Assembly (NCBI RefSeq): GCF_004010195.1
Contig: NC_057719.1
Location: forward strand, 21,040,979-21,104,978
Source of the DNA: Chiloscyllium plagiosum
Lineage: Eukaryota
Length of the DNA: 64,000 nt
Reading direction: 5' to 3'
Below the pieces are notes generated by a model. That model saw only the letters and a list, made by a program, of their open reading frames with translations, had not been told where the DNA came from and did not search any database. Position 1 is the stretch's first letter. Every line of letters begins with the position of its first letter. Positions 49,595-62,062 of this stretch are shown one piece after another. A program made the translations under genes and the position numbers.

Positions 49595-50952
49595 AATTGC
49601 TTTTGGAGACCAGCCACTAGCTCACTAGTGAATATGAGCAATAAGGAATAATTATCATTCCATTATCAAAGGAGAGGTGGTCCATCATTCTTAATTAGCA
49701 CAGGCTTTATTTATGTCAGGGCACAAACTGAGCAAAAGAAATGCATTAACCCTTTGGTATGATTTGGATAACTTGCTCTCATTGAATACTCTAGAGTCCA
49801 GGCAGTATTTTAATTTGAATATGGTCCACTTAAACAAATAATGACTTTTACGTATTAGATTATATTTGTTCAACTGTGAAAGGTTTGAGAAACAGTGTAT
49901 GTTAATTAGGTAAAACGTGCATCTTTATTTAAACAAATTGAGCCATTCAACCTTGCTTTGTCTCAGACTATGTGGGTATTGAGTTATTGGCATAACTAAA
50001 GTTAGCCAAGAATTAAGGTAACCATTCAAGATGCAGGTACGCGTCATTTTGGATCAAGCACCATAGGAAATTCTTCCAAGACAACAGGAGAACTGAGAAT
50101 CCCAAAGAAGTCACAAACTCCAACTGCCAATCATCTGACTTCCTTCTATTGAGACACAGTAGTATAGATTTTGCAGTTAGAATAACATTAAGGTGTTAGT
50201 TGCTCACTGTTATCAGTGTACAGATCACACTCTGGCAATTGCACTTGAGTAGTTGAATGCAGAATTCAGTGCATTTTTGCCTTGTTCTTCAGTTGTTTGC
50301 CGTAATAACATCTCATTAAGACATTCAGCATAGAGCCACATAGAACTCCATGAAGTTACTGTATTTGACCAGCAGAATGCACTAGTCTGACTTTAAAAAC
50401 TTTAAACTTATCCACTCGTGTAAGTTAAATTTTAACGACATAATCAGTTTCTGCCCAACAACTACTCTGCTGTTAAAAATGACCTTTTATGCATATTATA
50501 TCTCATTCCTTCTGATTTTACGTATTGTTGGCATTCTTAACATTTTCTTTCTATATCTTACAGCATTTTCCCTCAATCATCTTTCTTTCCCTCTCTTTGT
50601 TTCATTTTCTGTAAGTGACTTGATGTCGAAAACACTGTTCTAGCTGACAATTCCCCATTCAGACTGGGTGCCTCAATAAGTATATTTCAATCTGACTATT
50701 TTAAAATATGCACAGTTACCTGCTTGCCTTGTTTAAATCCGACTCAGATCCTCTGGGGAGAATCCTGTTCCAATGTAGATTTCTAATCATTGAACATTGC
50801 AGTGGAAAGGGTCATAGTATGTTTGTGAGCAAGTGTAAGTGTCATGAATAACTGGTAGTGACTCCATTAATCACTGACTGCAAAATCCAGTAAAACGTGA
50901 ATTGAGAAATGTTCATACAATGAACAGGACTATAATATAGATCTTCTATTAG

Positions 50953-51861
50953 TTGATAGCATTGTTTAACAAGGGTGGTAAGGACAAGCTAGGGAACTAT
51001 AGACCAGTGAGCCTGACCTCGGTGGTGGGCAAGTTGTTGGAGGGAATCCTAAGGGAGAGGATGTACATGTATTTGGAAAGTCAAGGACTGATTAAGGATA
51101 GTCAACATGGCTTTGTGTGTGGGAAATCATATCTCACAAACTTGACTGAGTTTTTTGAACAAGTAACTAAGAGGACTGATGAGGGCAGAGCGGTAGATGT
51201 GATCTATATGGACTTCAGTAAGGAGTTCTTGGAACTCATGGAATACAGGGAGAACGAACCATTTGGATACAGAACTGGCTCAAAGTTAGAAGACAGAGGG
51301 TGGTGGTGGAGGGTTGTTTTTTAGACTGGAGGCCTGTGAGCAGTGGAGAGCCACAAGGGTTGGTGCTGGGTCCACTACTTTTTGACATTTACATAAATGA
51401 TTTGGATGCGAGCATAAGAGGTACAGTTAGTAAGTTTGCAGATGACACCAAAATGGGAGGTGTTGTGGACAGCGAAGAGGGTTACCTCAGTTTACAACAG
51501 GATCTGGACCAGATGGGCCAATGGGCTGAAAAGTGGGAGATGGAGTTTAATTCCGATAAATGCGAGGTGCTGCATTTTGGGAAAGCAAATCTTAGCAGGA
51601 CTTATACACTTAATGGTAAGGTCCTAGGGAGTGTTGCTGAACAAAGAGACCTTGGAGTGCAGGTTCATAGCTCCTTGAAAGTGGAGTTGCAGGTAGATAG
51701 GATCGTGAAGAAGGCATTTGGTATGCTCTCTTTTGTTGGTCAGAGTATTGAGTACAGGATTTGGGAGGTCATGTTGCAGCTGTACAGGACATTGGTTAGG
51801 CCACTATTGGAATATTGTGTGCAATTCTGGTCTCCTTCCTATCGGAAAGATGTTGTGAAAC
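50953..51861 (+). mobile_element. CR1 ORF2 RT fragment with internal deletion, runs into a gap
   Basis: NYRPVSLTS, YMDFSK, PQGLVLGP, FADDTK, LVRPLLEYC. Confidence 0.9.
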
Positions 51862-52644
51862 NNNNNNNNNNNNNNNNNNNNNNNNNNNNNNNNNNNNNNN
51901 NNNNNNNNNNNNNNNNNNNNNNNNNNNNNNNNNNNNNNNNNNNNNNNNNNNNNNNNNNNNNNNNNNNNNNNNNNNNNNNNNNNNNNNNNNNNNNNNNNNN
52001 NNNNNNNNNNNNNNNNNNNNNNNNNNNNNNNNNNNNNNNNNNNNNNNNNNNNNNNNNNNNNNNNNNNNNNNNNNNNNNNNNNNNNNNNNNNNNNNNNNNN
52101 NNNNNNNNNNNNNNNNNNNNNNNNNNNNNNNNNNNNNNNNNNNNNNNNNNNNNNNNNNNNNNNNNNNNNNNNNNNNNNNNNNNNNNNNNNNNNNNNNNNN
52201 NNNNNNNNNNNNNNNNNNNNNNNNNNNNNNNNNNNNNNNNNNNNNNNNNNNNNNNNNNNNNNNNNNNNNNNNNNNNNNNNNNNNNNNNNNNNNNNNNNNN
52301 NNNNNNNNNNNNNNNNNNNNNNNNNNNNNNNNNNNNNNNNNNNNNNNNNNNNNNNNNNNNNNNNNNNNNNNNNNNNNNNNNNNNNNNNNNNNNNNNNNNN
52401 NNNNNNNNNNNNNNNNNNNNNNNNNNNNNNNNNNNNNNNNNNNNNNNNNNNNNNNNNNNNNNNNNNNNNNNNNNNNNNNNNNNNNNNNNNNNNNNNNNNN
52501 NNNNNNNNNNNNNNNNNNNNNNNNNNNNNNNNNNNNNNNNNNNNNNNNNNNNNNNNNNNNNNNNNNNNNNNNNNNNNNNNNNNNNNNNNNNNNNNNNNNN
52601 NNNNNNNNNNNNNNNNNNNNNNNNNNNNNNNNNNNNNNNNNNNN

Positions 52645-52968
52645 TTCTCAGTCCCAACCCTCGGACTCAGCACCGCCTTCTTGACCTGTAATCTTCTTCC
52701 CGACCTCTCCACCCCCCCCCCCTCTCCGGCCTATCACCCTCACCCTCACCTCCTTCCACCTATCGTATTCCTAGTGCCCCTCCCCCAAATCCCCTCTCCC
52801 TTACCTTTTATCTCAGTCCACCTGGCACACCAGCCTCATTCCTGAAGAAGGATTTATGCCCAAAACGTCGATTCTCCTGCTCCTCGGATGCTGCCTGGCC
52901 TGCTGTGTTTTTCCAGCATCACATTTTTCAACTCTGGTCTCCAGCATCTGCAGTCCTCACTTTCTCCT
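52645..52968 (+). mobile_element. PLE family A pLTR with tail; decayed hammerhead ~52842-52869
   Basis: Same sequence as 5086-5312 and 2818-2941. Confidence 0.88.
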
Positions 52969-55189
52969 AGTACAATACTGTGATAAACTTCAACAGTGGC
53001 CACAATCTGACGCCATTTTGAATAGTTTATGAATAGAAATGATAACAGAATTAACTGAAGAAGAGTTCTGTGCACTGAGTTTGCTCATCAATGACATCCG
53101 TACCTCTATCCCTCCATCACCGTTTTGCCACTGCCTAGCCTGGACTCACCAATGTAGGAGTCATCACTCTTTCGATGCCATCTCTTTGCCGCTAGGCCCA
53201 CCCTCTTGATGCAACTGCCAATGCTGAGTCTCATGCTGACCCAACAAACCCCTCACAACCAGGAGTCCCCAGCTCCGCTGTTGCCTCAATGACGCCAGAA
53301 GACCTGGCTTCCGGCATACCAGGCCAACACAACCACAGCCACTGCCTTGCTAATGCCAGACCTCTCCGCTCTGGGTCTACTGCAACCTGGAGTCCCTAGC
53401 TCCTCTGACAGGCCAGGCCACCTGCGCCGTCTTGCTCCGGCCACCCTCCTCCAAGATGGTGCAGTGTTGGCGTTGCCATCTCAAAACGTCCACTCCCACC
53501 TCCAACTACTGGAGAAGTGTTGCTGCCACTGCCTTTGCTGCCACCACCAGCCCCGAATGCCGGGAGGCTGCCTTGACCCAAGAATTATATCCCAAACAAC
53601 GTGATACTCCCCCAGACATAAACTCCCCGATGTTCTTGTGTATACATGAAACTGCAGCTATAAAGCAGGTCCTGATAAATCATACAGGGGGTATTGTAAG
53701 TGAGCATAAATCAGCATGGAATATTGCCTATTGGTGGACCACAAAGATTGAGAAATGGCACAAACTGGAAGATGGCTTTGCATTTTAATCTTGACTGAAA
53801 TGAAGAGACTGAAAGATCTGATCAATCCTCCCAAGAATTTGCACTTTCCTCCAAGTAATTTTCAAGCCTGACTTTAGTGTTTGAGCCTGTAGCCATTGTC
53901 AGCAAAGTCAGAAGAAAATCAAGTTTGGAAATTAACCCATAAATATTATACAATTAGAAAATACTGATGCCAATCAGAAACTAAAGAAAAGTAACCAGGC
54001 CTGAGCCACTGTGTTATGCACAGGCTTTCACCGAAAGCAACTGCTCAATAATACCACAGCACGTGCCTTAGGAGTATTTGTTGGCTCCTTCAGAAATAAT
54101 TACTGCAGTCATGCAAACTGAACGCCAAAGGGGCAGTCAGTAAATTATCTTTTTTATAAAGGTCCTCATGCAGATTTGCCTCCTCTTCTTCAAAGCTGAG
54201 ACTGCAGAAGCAGCCCTGGATTTATGGTCCACTAATTCCCAGGCAGACGGATCAATAAAGCAAGACACAAGACCAGCCTTACCTTGATAACTCTGTCGCT
54301 TCAATAAATCACAAGACGCTGCTGCAGAAAGGCTTCTGTGTCATTCATTTTTCAGCCTGCCCTCTGATATCATTAAGCACTATCCTTATGTGGCAGGTCA
54401 TTTCAGTCTAATGCAGAACTAACCGGATCTGAATTCTTTGAAGCAGCATAACAGATATGTGCAGAGGAAATTGAATTAAAATTTGCCTCCAAGAAATGTG
54501 CATAATGTAAATGTGTGCAATAATCAATCCTATGCTTAATTCTCTACGGTGCTGAGGTCCCATTGCAATATATCAATAGGTGACTTGTGGGGAGGTTATG
54601 CAATGTCAGTCCAGGCACAAAGATCAAATATCTGGATAATATCATACATATCTGAAGGAATCACTTGTTTCCACAACATGTCTCATATCCTAGGTGACTA
54701 ATGTCAAACAAGGGGAGTCATTTTAAGTTGCACTATCCTCTTTGACATTTCATAATATTTAAGGTACAATGGAACGTAGCCACAATATTCTGTCATGACT
54801 GCTGTATTGTGAAACAGAATTGTGTGGGACTAAAGCCTGACCCTTATTATGAAATATTGTAGTAACAAAGACAATAACTTTATTTTGCTATAAGACTCAT
54901 AAACTAATATCTATGGTACAGAGACTGTGGTATTAAAAGCCCATAACTACCATTAATAAGTGCCATTTTCACAGCAAACTAGAGATTTTGGCAAATAGAC
55001 TTTGAAGAAGGTTTATTTGTTATCAAATATTGCATTCATATTCAATATTTGTTCTATTCATACATACATTAAATTTCTCTGGATGCTGCCGGAAGTAATT
55101 ATTTAAAATATAGAATAAGCAATGGCCATTGGAGCATCAGAAACTCACTGATTATTCAATCAATTATATATAGGATATGAAAGACTGGA

Positions 55190-55347
55190 AGAGAAAGTGA
55201 GGTCTGCAGATGCTGGAGATCAGAGATGGAAATGTGTTGCTGGAGAAGCGCAGCAGGTCAGGCAGCATCTAGGGAACAGGAGAATCGACGTTTCGGGCAT
55301 TAGCCCTTCTTCAGGAATGAGGAAAGTTTGTCCAGCAGGCTAAGAAG
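55190..55347 (-). mobile_element. PLE family A short insertion
   Basis: 9-bp TSD aagactgga 55181-55189 / 55348-55356. Confidence 0.9.
55283..55318 (-). ncRNA. Minimal type-I hammerhead ribozyme (family A)
   Basis: Reverse complement auuc-CUGAAGA-A-GGGC-uaau-GCCC-GAAA-CG-UC-gauu. Confidence 0.88.
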
Positions 55348-55609
55348 AAGACTGGAGTTTACTCTTTTTTACCATTTATTTTTTGGGGTACACATGAGAG
55401 GGAAATCAAGCCAGGATTCCCAAAAGCCAGAAAATTTCTTGCTGGGACTGAATGGAGCTGTTAGTAACACTGCCAAGGGATGAGCAGACTGATTAAAATT
55501 ATTGGTTAAGAAACACAAGCAAAAAAATTATGCATAACTGGCATCTAACATTAACTTATGGTGATTGGAATGAAAATTGATATGTGGACCACATAGTGAA
55601 GCAAAGATC

Positions 55610-55866
55610 AGATTAGATTAGATTAGATTACTTACAGTGTGGAAACAGGCCCTTCGGCCCAACAAGTCCACACCGACCCGCCGAAGCACACCCACCCAGA
55701 CCCATTCCCCTACACCTTTCGCTATGGGCAATTTAGCATGGCCAATTCACCTGACCTGCACGTTTTTGGACTGTGGGAGGAAACTGGAGCACCCGGAGGA
55801 AACCCACGCAGACATGGGGAGAACGTGCAAACTCCACACAGACAGTCGCCTGAGGCGGGAATTGAG
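55610..55866 (-). mobile_element. HE1-type V-SINE, 5'-truncated
   Basis: (gatta)n tail and V-domain in reverse. Confidence 0.9.
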
Positions 55867-56245
55867 GCGGATGGTTGGAAGGAATCAGGCAAGGCTAGAA
55901 ATGTAGCAGCCTCACTGATCTTAACAGCACTACCTCCTTTAATTTACCTTCTGCAGACTCCCACTGAAGAGACTATCAAATTATCATTTTAAACAGAGTT
56001 AATGCACGCACATTGAGGTCAGGTTGATGTGGTTTGTGGTTTTCCAGTTTAGTCTGAATAACATAAAGCATAGAGTCATGTCCTTGTTGAGACAGATGTC
56101 TTGCAGTTTATTAACAGTACACCACCTTCTTAGTTACATTATCAGAGACTTAGACATTTATTTTATAGCAAAAGTACACTTTGTTCATAAAAAGTTAACT
56201 TTATGTATTTACTTCTGTATAGTCTTTACATTAAAAAAAACACAG

Positions 56246-56370
56246 GGCGAAAGTGAGTTCTGCAGATGCTGGAGATTAGAGCCAAGAGTGTGGTGCTGGA
56301 AAGACAGAGTAGGTCAGGCAGTATATAAGGAGCAGGAAAATCGGCGTTTCAGGAAGAAGACCTTCATCAG
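56246..56370 (-). mobile_element. PLE family A mini-element, 125 bp
   Basis: TSD aaaaaaacacag 56234-56245 / aaaaaaccacag 56371-56382; the insert's 5' end is CTGATGA. Confidence 0.85.
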
Positions 56371-57339
56371 AAAAAACCACAGCCATTGGAATTTGATATT
56401 CTTTGTATTTGCAACCAGAGACATTTTCTACTCATGCACGACACAATTTCCATACAATTTTAAGCAATGAGAGAGTGTGATAACCGAATGGACCTTTATT
56501 GTATTTTGGCGGGAAGATCTCAACAGCTGCCAACAGCGTCCTTTAGCATGTAGTCCTGATCTTAGATTGTTCAAATCTGCAAGACTCAATTCAGGTCAGT
56601 TCCTTACACTGAAGACCAACAGGCTTTGGGTAACCAAAGAGCATCTTTCACTGAACTGATGGTCTTCCAGACGTAGTCGATATTTGTCTGTGTGTGCATC
56701 ATTGTGGATTGCTGTGCATCATTTGTCATTAATATAATAGTCGTTGTCTGACATATTATCTTCAGTTTCTGAGTCTTCATCCTGTGGTTGATAATAGATA
56801 GTTTGGATATGTTGTCTGTTTTTTTTTCCAGGACTTGACCATTGCCCATTACAATCTTATATGCTGTGTCTGGTCACAAAATGTGGTATCTTTTTATTAA
56901 CCCAACTCAAACTCATAAACTTTGTCTTGGTTCAAGTTGGAATAACTGTATGTTCATTAAACATGCTGTTGTACCATTTTCTCTTTTCTTTTCAATAATA
57001 TGTTATACGCATAAGACCATATGATAAAGAGCAGTGGAAGGACACGTGGTTCATCAAGTCTGCTCCACTAGTCAATGCGATCATGTCTGATCCAACAATC
57101 CTCAATTCCACTTTCCCACCTTAACCCCATAACTTTTACTGATTAAAAATCTATTTCAATCTTGAATATACTCAAAGACCCAGTCTCGACAGTCTCTGTG
57201 GTGAAGGGTTCCACAGATGGTTGTACATGTGACTGTGTGGTAACAGTGAGAGGGGAGAACAGCTCAATCTGTCTCCCAATCATGACAGTTGCTGCTGAGA
57301 GTAACCCACTGTCTTGCAGAGTAGTTCATAGATTTAGCA

Positions 57340-57560
57340 AAGCTATCTGAACAGGGAGTTTGGCAAAAGTGTTTCGGTAAGGCTGGAATGGAAAACAGGT
57401 AATACATTGAACATCCCATTTCCTGCATATATCTTGGAAGCTACACTAGTGTTGAGTGGATCATTATCAGATACAATTTGTTGAGGTACACTGAACATCC
57501 TGAATATGATGGTTAATGTGTCAACAACTATTTCATCTGTGCTACCAGGCAACTCACCAC
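57340..57560 (-). mobile_element. Gypsy-type integrase remnant
   Basis: TLTIIFRMFSVPQQIVSDNDP resembles the integrase F...G.P..IVSDNG motif. Confidence 0.55.
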
Positions 57561-57739
57561 CATGTTCTTAAGAGCAACTAGAGATTTCCCAGCCAGGAAT
57601 ACCTACATTCCATGAATAAAAATAATTAACATTTGCTCATCATCTCATTGTAGGACAACCTTCTCAATTTAATAAGCAAGATAGTGAGTGAACTACTCCA
57701 ATGCAATTATATGCAAGAAATGGACAGATGTGAACCAAG

Positions 57740-57895
57740 TTCTGGATTAGTGGTGCTGGAAGAGCACAGCAGTTCAGGCAGCATCCGAGGAGCAGTAAAA
57801 TCGACGTTTCAGGCAAAAGCCCTTCATCAGGATGCTCTTGCAGCACCACTAATCCAGAATCTGGTTTCCAGCATCTGCAGTCATTGTTTTTACCT
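57740..57895. mobile_element. PLE family A fold-back mini-insertion
   Basis: ttctggattagtggtgctg is inverted to cagcaccactaatccagaa; 14-bp TSD agatgtgaaccaag 57726-57739 / agatgtggaccaag 57896-57909. Confidence 0.9.
57800..57833 (-). ncRNA. Minimal type-I hammerhead ribozyme (family A)
   Basis: Reverse complement auc-CUGAUGA-A-GGGC-uuuu-GCCU-GAAA-CG-UC-gau. Confidence 0.82.
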
Positions 57896-58390
57896 AGATG
57901 TGGACCAAGAGCAGGAAGAAGGATTTAGTTTAATTTGGCATCATGCTCAGCACAACACCATAGGCTGAAGGGCCTATTCCTGTGCTGTACTATGTTCTAT
58001 GTTCTATACGCTTCCTCAAGTATTGAGAGAGAAAAAAAACTGCATTCAATGCTCCAGGATAATCCTTACCTGCGTAATTTTCATAAACTGGGACAGAAAA
58101 TGCTGGAAATCAATAATAGAGTGGTTTTCTTGCTGGGGACAGATAAGGGATAAAGTGGATTCCACAGCCTTCAGATGTGGATTGGAGGTGACCAAAAAGG
58201 TAGCCAGATAGCGAGGTGGGTTATTTCAAAAGTCTGAAACTTCACCCTACCATTTTCTTATGTTTTATGCCCTCTACCTTTTTTCCTTCACACCCAGCAC
58301 AACACCTCCATGTGACCTCCAAGTCATTAGAAAAACTTGATGTGGTGTTTTTTTTATGAAAAGCAGTTTCACAGATACTGTTGCTACTGT

Positions 58391-58608
58391 CAAAAAGTGT
58401 GACGCTGGAAAAGCACAGCAAGTCAGGCAGTATCTGAGGAGCAGGAAAGTCGACGTTTCCAGCATAAGCTCTTAATCAGGAAGGGCTTCATTCTCAAAAC
58501 GTCAATTCTCCTGCTCCTCGGATACTACCTGACCTGCTTGCTTTTTCAAGCGCCACACTTATCAACTCTGACTCTCCAGCATTTGCAGTCCTCACTTTCC
58601 CCTAACCA
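58391..58608. mobile_element. PLE family A fold-back insertion, inversion point at the hammerhead
   Basis: Arms ~58396-58480 (-) and ~58480-58560 (+); TSD-like ttgctactgt 58381-58390 / ttgttactgt 58609-58618. Confidence 0.82.
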
Positions 58609-58879
58609 TTGTTACTGTGTCAGGTTTTTGGGTTCCGTATACTGGGTGAATGTGCAGAGCAGGATTATGAATTGGTAAGGAGGAAATGATCAACGATCGG
58701 AGATGGGTTGTGAACACAAGTTGGCATGGAATATGAGAGGCGTGACAGTTGACCTGACTCCATGAAAATTGTAGTTGCCTGGGGGATGTCGACCTCGCAA
58801 TGAAGACAGCCAGGTCCGGAGGTGCATAATGTACCACTGAAAATTAAGAGTGTTACGAATAAGGCCATAAATCTTGGAA

Positions 58880-59400
58880 TTAGGCCTCACCAACCAAGGG
58901 TCTGTAGCCTGCAACTCCAGAGATGGAATTGCACTGGCGAGGGTGCAGTAAACATTCACCAGGATGTTGCCTGAGCTGGAGAGTTCCAGTTGCAAAAGAG
59001 AGCTTGAGCAGACTAGTCTTGTTTTTCTTAGATTAGAGCAGATTGAGAGGGGACATGATTGAGATGTTTAAAATTATGAGGAAGAACCTTTTCCCCTTGG
59101 TGGACGGGTCAATGGCCAGGGGGCGTAGGTTTAAAGTCATCAGCAGAAGGTTGAGAGTAGATCTGAGGAAAAAAAACTTTCCCAACCAGTGGATGGCAGG
59201 AATTTGGAAGTCACTGCCTGCAAGAGTGGGAGAGACAGACACGCTCAGAACATTTAAGAAGCATTTAGATGTAGACTTTTAATGCCAAGATATACAAGGC
59301 TGGAAAATGGGAACACAATAGTTAGATGACTGTTTCTGACAGGCAGGGACACAATGAGTCAAAAGGTCTTTTACTGTGCTGTAGGTCTCTTTGATTCTGT
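58880..59400 (+). mobile_element. Old CR1 3' fragment
   Basis: RGDMIEMFKIM..RKKNF..GIWKSLP..FKKHLD. Confidence 0.75.
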
Positions 59401-61041
59401 CTCCATGACTCCAAGAAAATCTAATACATTTGAATCATGATGCTATCATGACTGATTTGTTCTGATGAAAGGTTATGACCTGACATGTTATCATTGTTTC
59501 TCTCCAGAAGTTCTGAAATGCTAAATATTTTCAGGTTTTTTTTTGTGTTTTGATTCCATGTTTCCTGCATCTTAACTTTTTTTTAATCCCTGCACTCCAA
59601 ACCTCAGGCCAACATACCAAGTGCCTTCCCAATTGCTTGCTGTGCTTACCTGCTGAGATCTGTGTTCCTTGTTTCCAAGGAAAATCAAATTTGAAAATGC
59701 TTTTGAAGCTCACATGATCATCTTTCCACAGATAATAAGTGAATCGCAGTATTTCGGAAGTGTGACTCAGGAAATCTAACCATGAAGACTATGCTTTCCC
59801 ATATAGATCACAGAACAAATGTCAATATCCATATAATTACATTTCCAAAAATAGTTAATTTTCCTTACAGTATTGTACCATGACTAAGTGGGAGATATTT
59901 TCCACTTCAAGGAGATACTAACACCATCACATCAAGCTGTCATGTCAGTAAGCCACACAATAAGCTTAATACTTTGTTCATTTTGTTCTAGGTACATGGG
60001 TGACAATGTTGTATTTATTGACCATACCTCATTGCTATTGTGATTGCTTTTAAATTGAACAACTTGCTGAGACACTTCAGAGGACAGTATGGGTCAATCT
60101 GTAAACAGGGACAAAAGGATCAAACCATACAGTATTGGACAGCTTGTGTCAAAGGTACATTCCACTTTAAAGGATTTCTTATTAGGTTCCTGCAACAACA
60201 AACACATATACATGTCCTGACATTAGAGGAGATAAAATGAACAAATGACTATATACCGCCAGGAAATCAAGGTAATTATAGCATGTGTAATAATTGCCTG
60301 AAACATTCTAATGATTCACTTTAGAAGTCATTGATGGAATTAATGCATTTACAAAGATGTTGAAACTTAAGTCTATGTATTAGAAACATTATAGTTTAAA
60401 ACTGTGAAATATTTGGACTTAACTGGTACCTTGTAACGATCAGCCCAATGACTGGCACATGGATATTAAGCAAGAGCAATTATGGGTTTTAGATTTGGTT
60501 GGGGATATCCGATACTAAAAGGTTACGGACTTTGAATTTTTATGGATAGTTATTATAGCCATAACTTAAAGACCAACTGGAAGAATAATGTTACTTTCCA
60601 GACAAAACATCAATTACATTGGTATAGGACTCATGTCCATTGAAACCAGTTTCCCACATTCTTTGAACAGTACAACTTTCAGACAGGAAACACTGAAAAG
60701 TGTGTGGGATAATGTATTTTTATTTCTGTTCAATTAACCTCAGCCCTTCAACAAAAGAAGCTGAAAACACAGGAGTTTAAGGTTTAATGAGGGTCTTAGG
60801 GTTAATTGCCAATTACCTCTGGCACTTCACTATTGCAACAAATGAACATGATCAAGCTTTAACTATTGGTTACCATTTTCTTTTTAACGCCAGATCATGA
60901 TTATGTATAATTATTCCTTTAACTTGTACTGCAGTCTTCAGTTATGTCATGTTAACATGAGTTATAAAGTTAGTTACATTTCCTAAATTTTAGAGACTGG
61001 TGTACCTGAAATTACTTTTAGTGATGCTCTTTCAGAGAGAA

Positions 61042-61102
61042 GGGGAGAAAGTGAGGTCTGCAGACGCTGGAGATCAAAGCTGAAACTTTCAATAAAGTTT
61101 CA
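61042..61102. mobile_element. 61-bp PLE family A tail-only fold-back insertion
   Basis: 16-bp TSD gctctttcagagagaa 61026-61041 / 61103-61118; hairpin agctgaaacttt-caat-aaagtttcagct. Confidence 0.88.
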
Positions 61103-61809
61103 GCTCTTTCAGAGAGAAATTAATTGCGGGTATTGTGCCTGTAAAGAGCTTGCAGGATATCTATTTTGCCCTCCTGGCATTCACCTGCAAGAATAGCATA
61201 CAATGGACACTAGGGCATGGAATGTAGCTGCACATCAGGGCCCAACAACTTGGCTGGGAGCTCTAAGAAAGCCCACTTTCTTAGGTCAGAGACAGAGCCA
61301 CTATACTCATGTTGGGGGCGTGGGGGAGGGGGTGAGCTAGCTGTTCTCACGTTGGGCTGGGGTCATTGTGGTCAGGGCAGAGATGGAGTCACTACAAGAG
61401 GGTCAGAGTGGGGCTACTTTGGTTGTGTTAGGGATGGAGCTGATGCGTTCAAGTCAGTGGCAAAGTTGGGGGCCCTATGAGGATTTATGCTGGACCTTGT
61501 GAATCCTGCCCCTCGCTCTGATGGACACCACCAAAAAGAAATTCGAGTGGGATTTCACTCGGGCTGAGGTGATCAGGTTTACAATGGCTTGGAAGTTGTG
61601 ACAGAGTTGAGTTGCCAATTGACCCACACGTAGCCAGAGGAACAAAGTCGAAGTAAATTCACTGCAAAACACTGTCATCAGAGGATCATTCAAGGCAGAG
61701 CAAGCTGAAAAATCAAGGAATTTGGATGAACAAAAAATATAATTGTATTCAAGGAAGCACCTAAATATCTATAAAATTTCAGCTCAACTACAAATGTTTT
61801 TGGTTTTCA

Positions 61810-62062
61810 TTAGATTACTTACAGTGTGGAAACAGGCCCTTCGGCCCAACAAGTCCACACCAAGCTGCTGAATCGCAACCCACCCAGACCCATTCCCCTA
61901 ACACTATGGGCAATTTTAGCATGCCAATTCACCTAATCTGCACATTTTTGGGGGGGATTGTGGGAGGAAACTCCACACAGTCAGTCGCCTGAGGTGGGGA
62001 ATTGAACCTAGGTCTCTGGCGCTGTGAGGCAGCAGTGCTAACCACTGTGTCATCGTACCGCC
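61810..62062 (-). mobile_element. HE1-type V-SINE with internal deletions
   Basis: Reverse tRNA head gcgctgtgaggcagcagtgctaaccactgtg and gatta tail. Confidence 0.88.

Noticed and set aside
2818..61102. CRISPR-like array, retron or other prokaryotic RT system suggested by recurring short repeats near RT genes
   Set aside because: The repeats are dispersed, lie on both strands, carry TSDs and are PLE termini; the context is vertebrate
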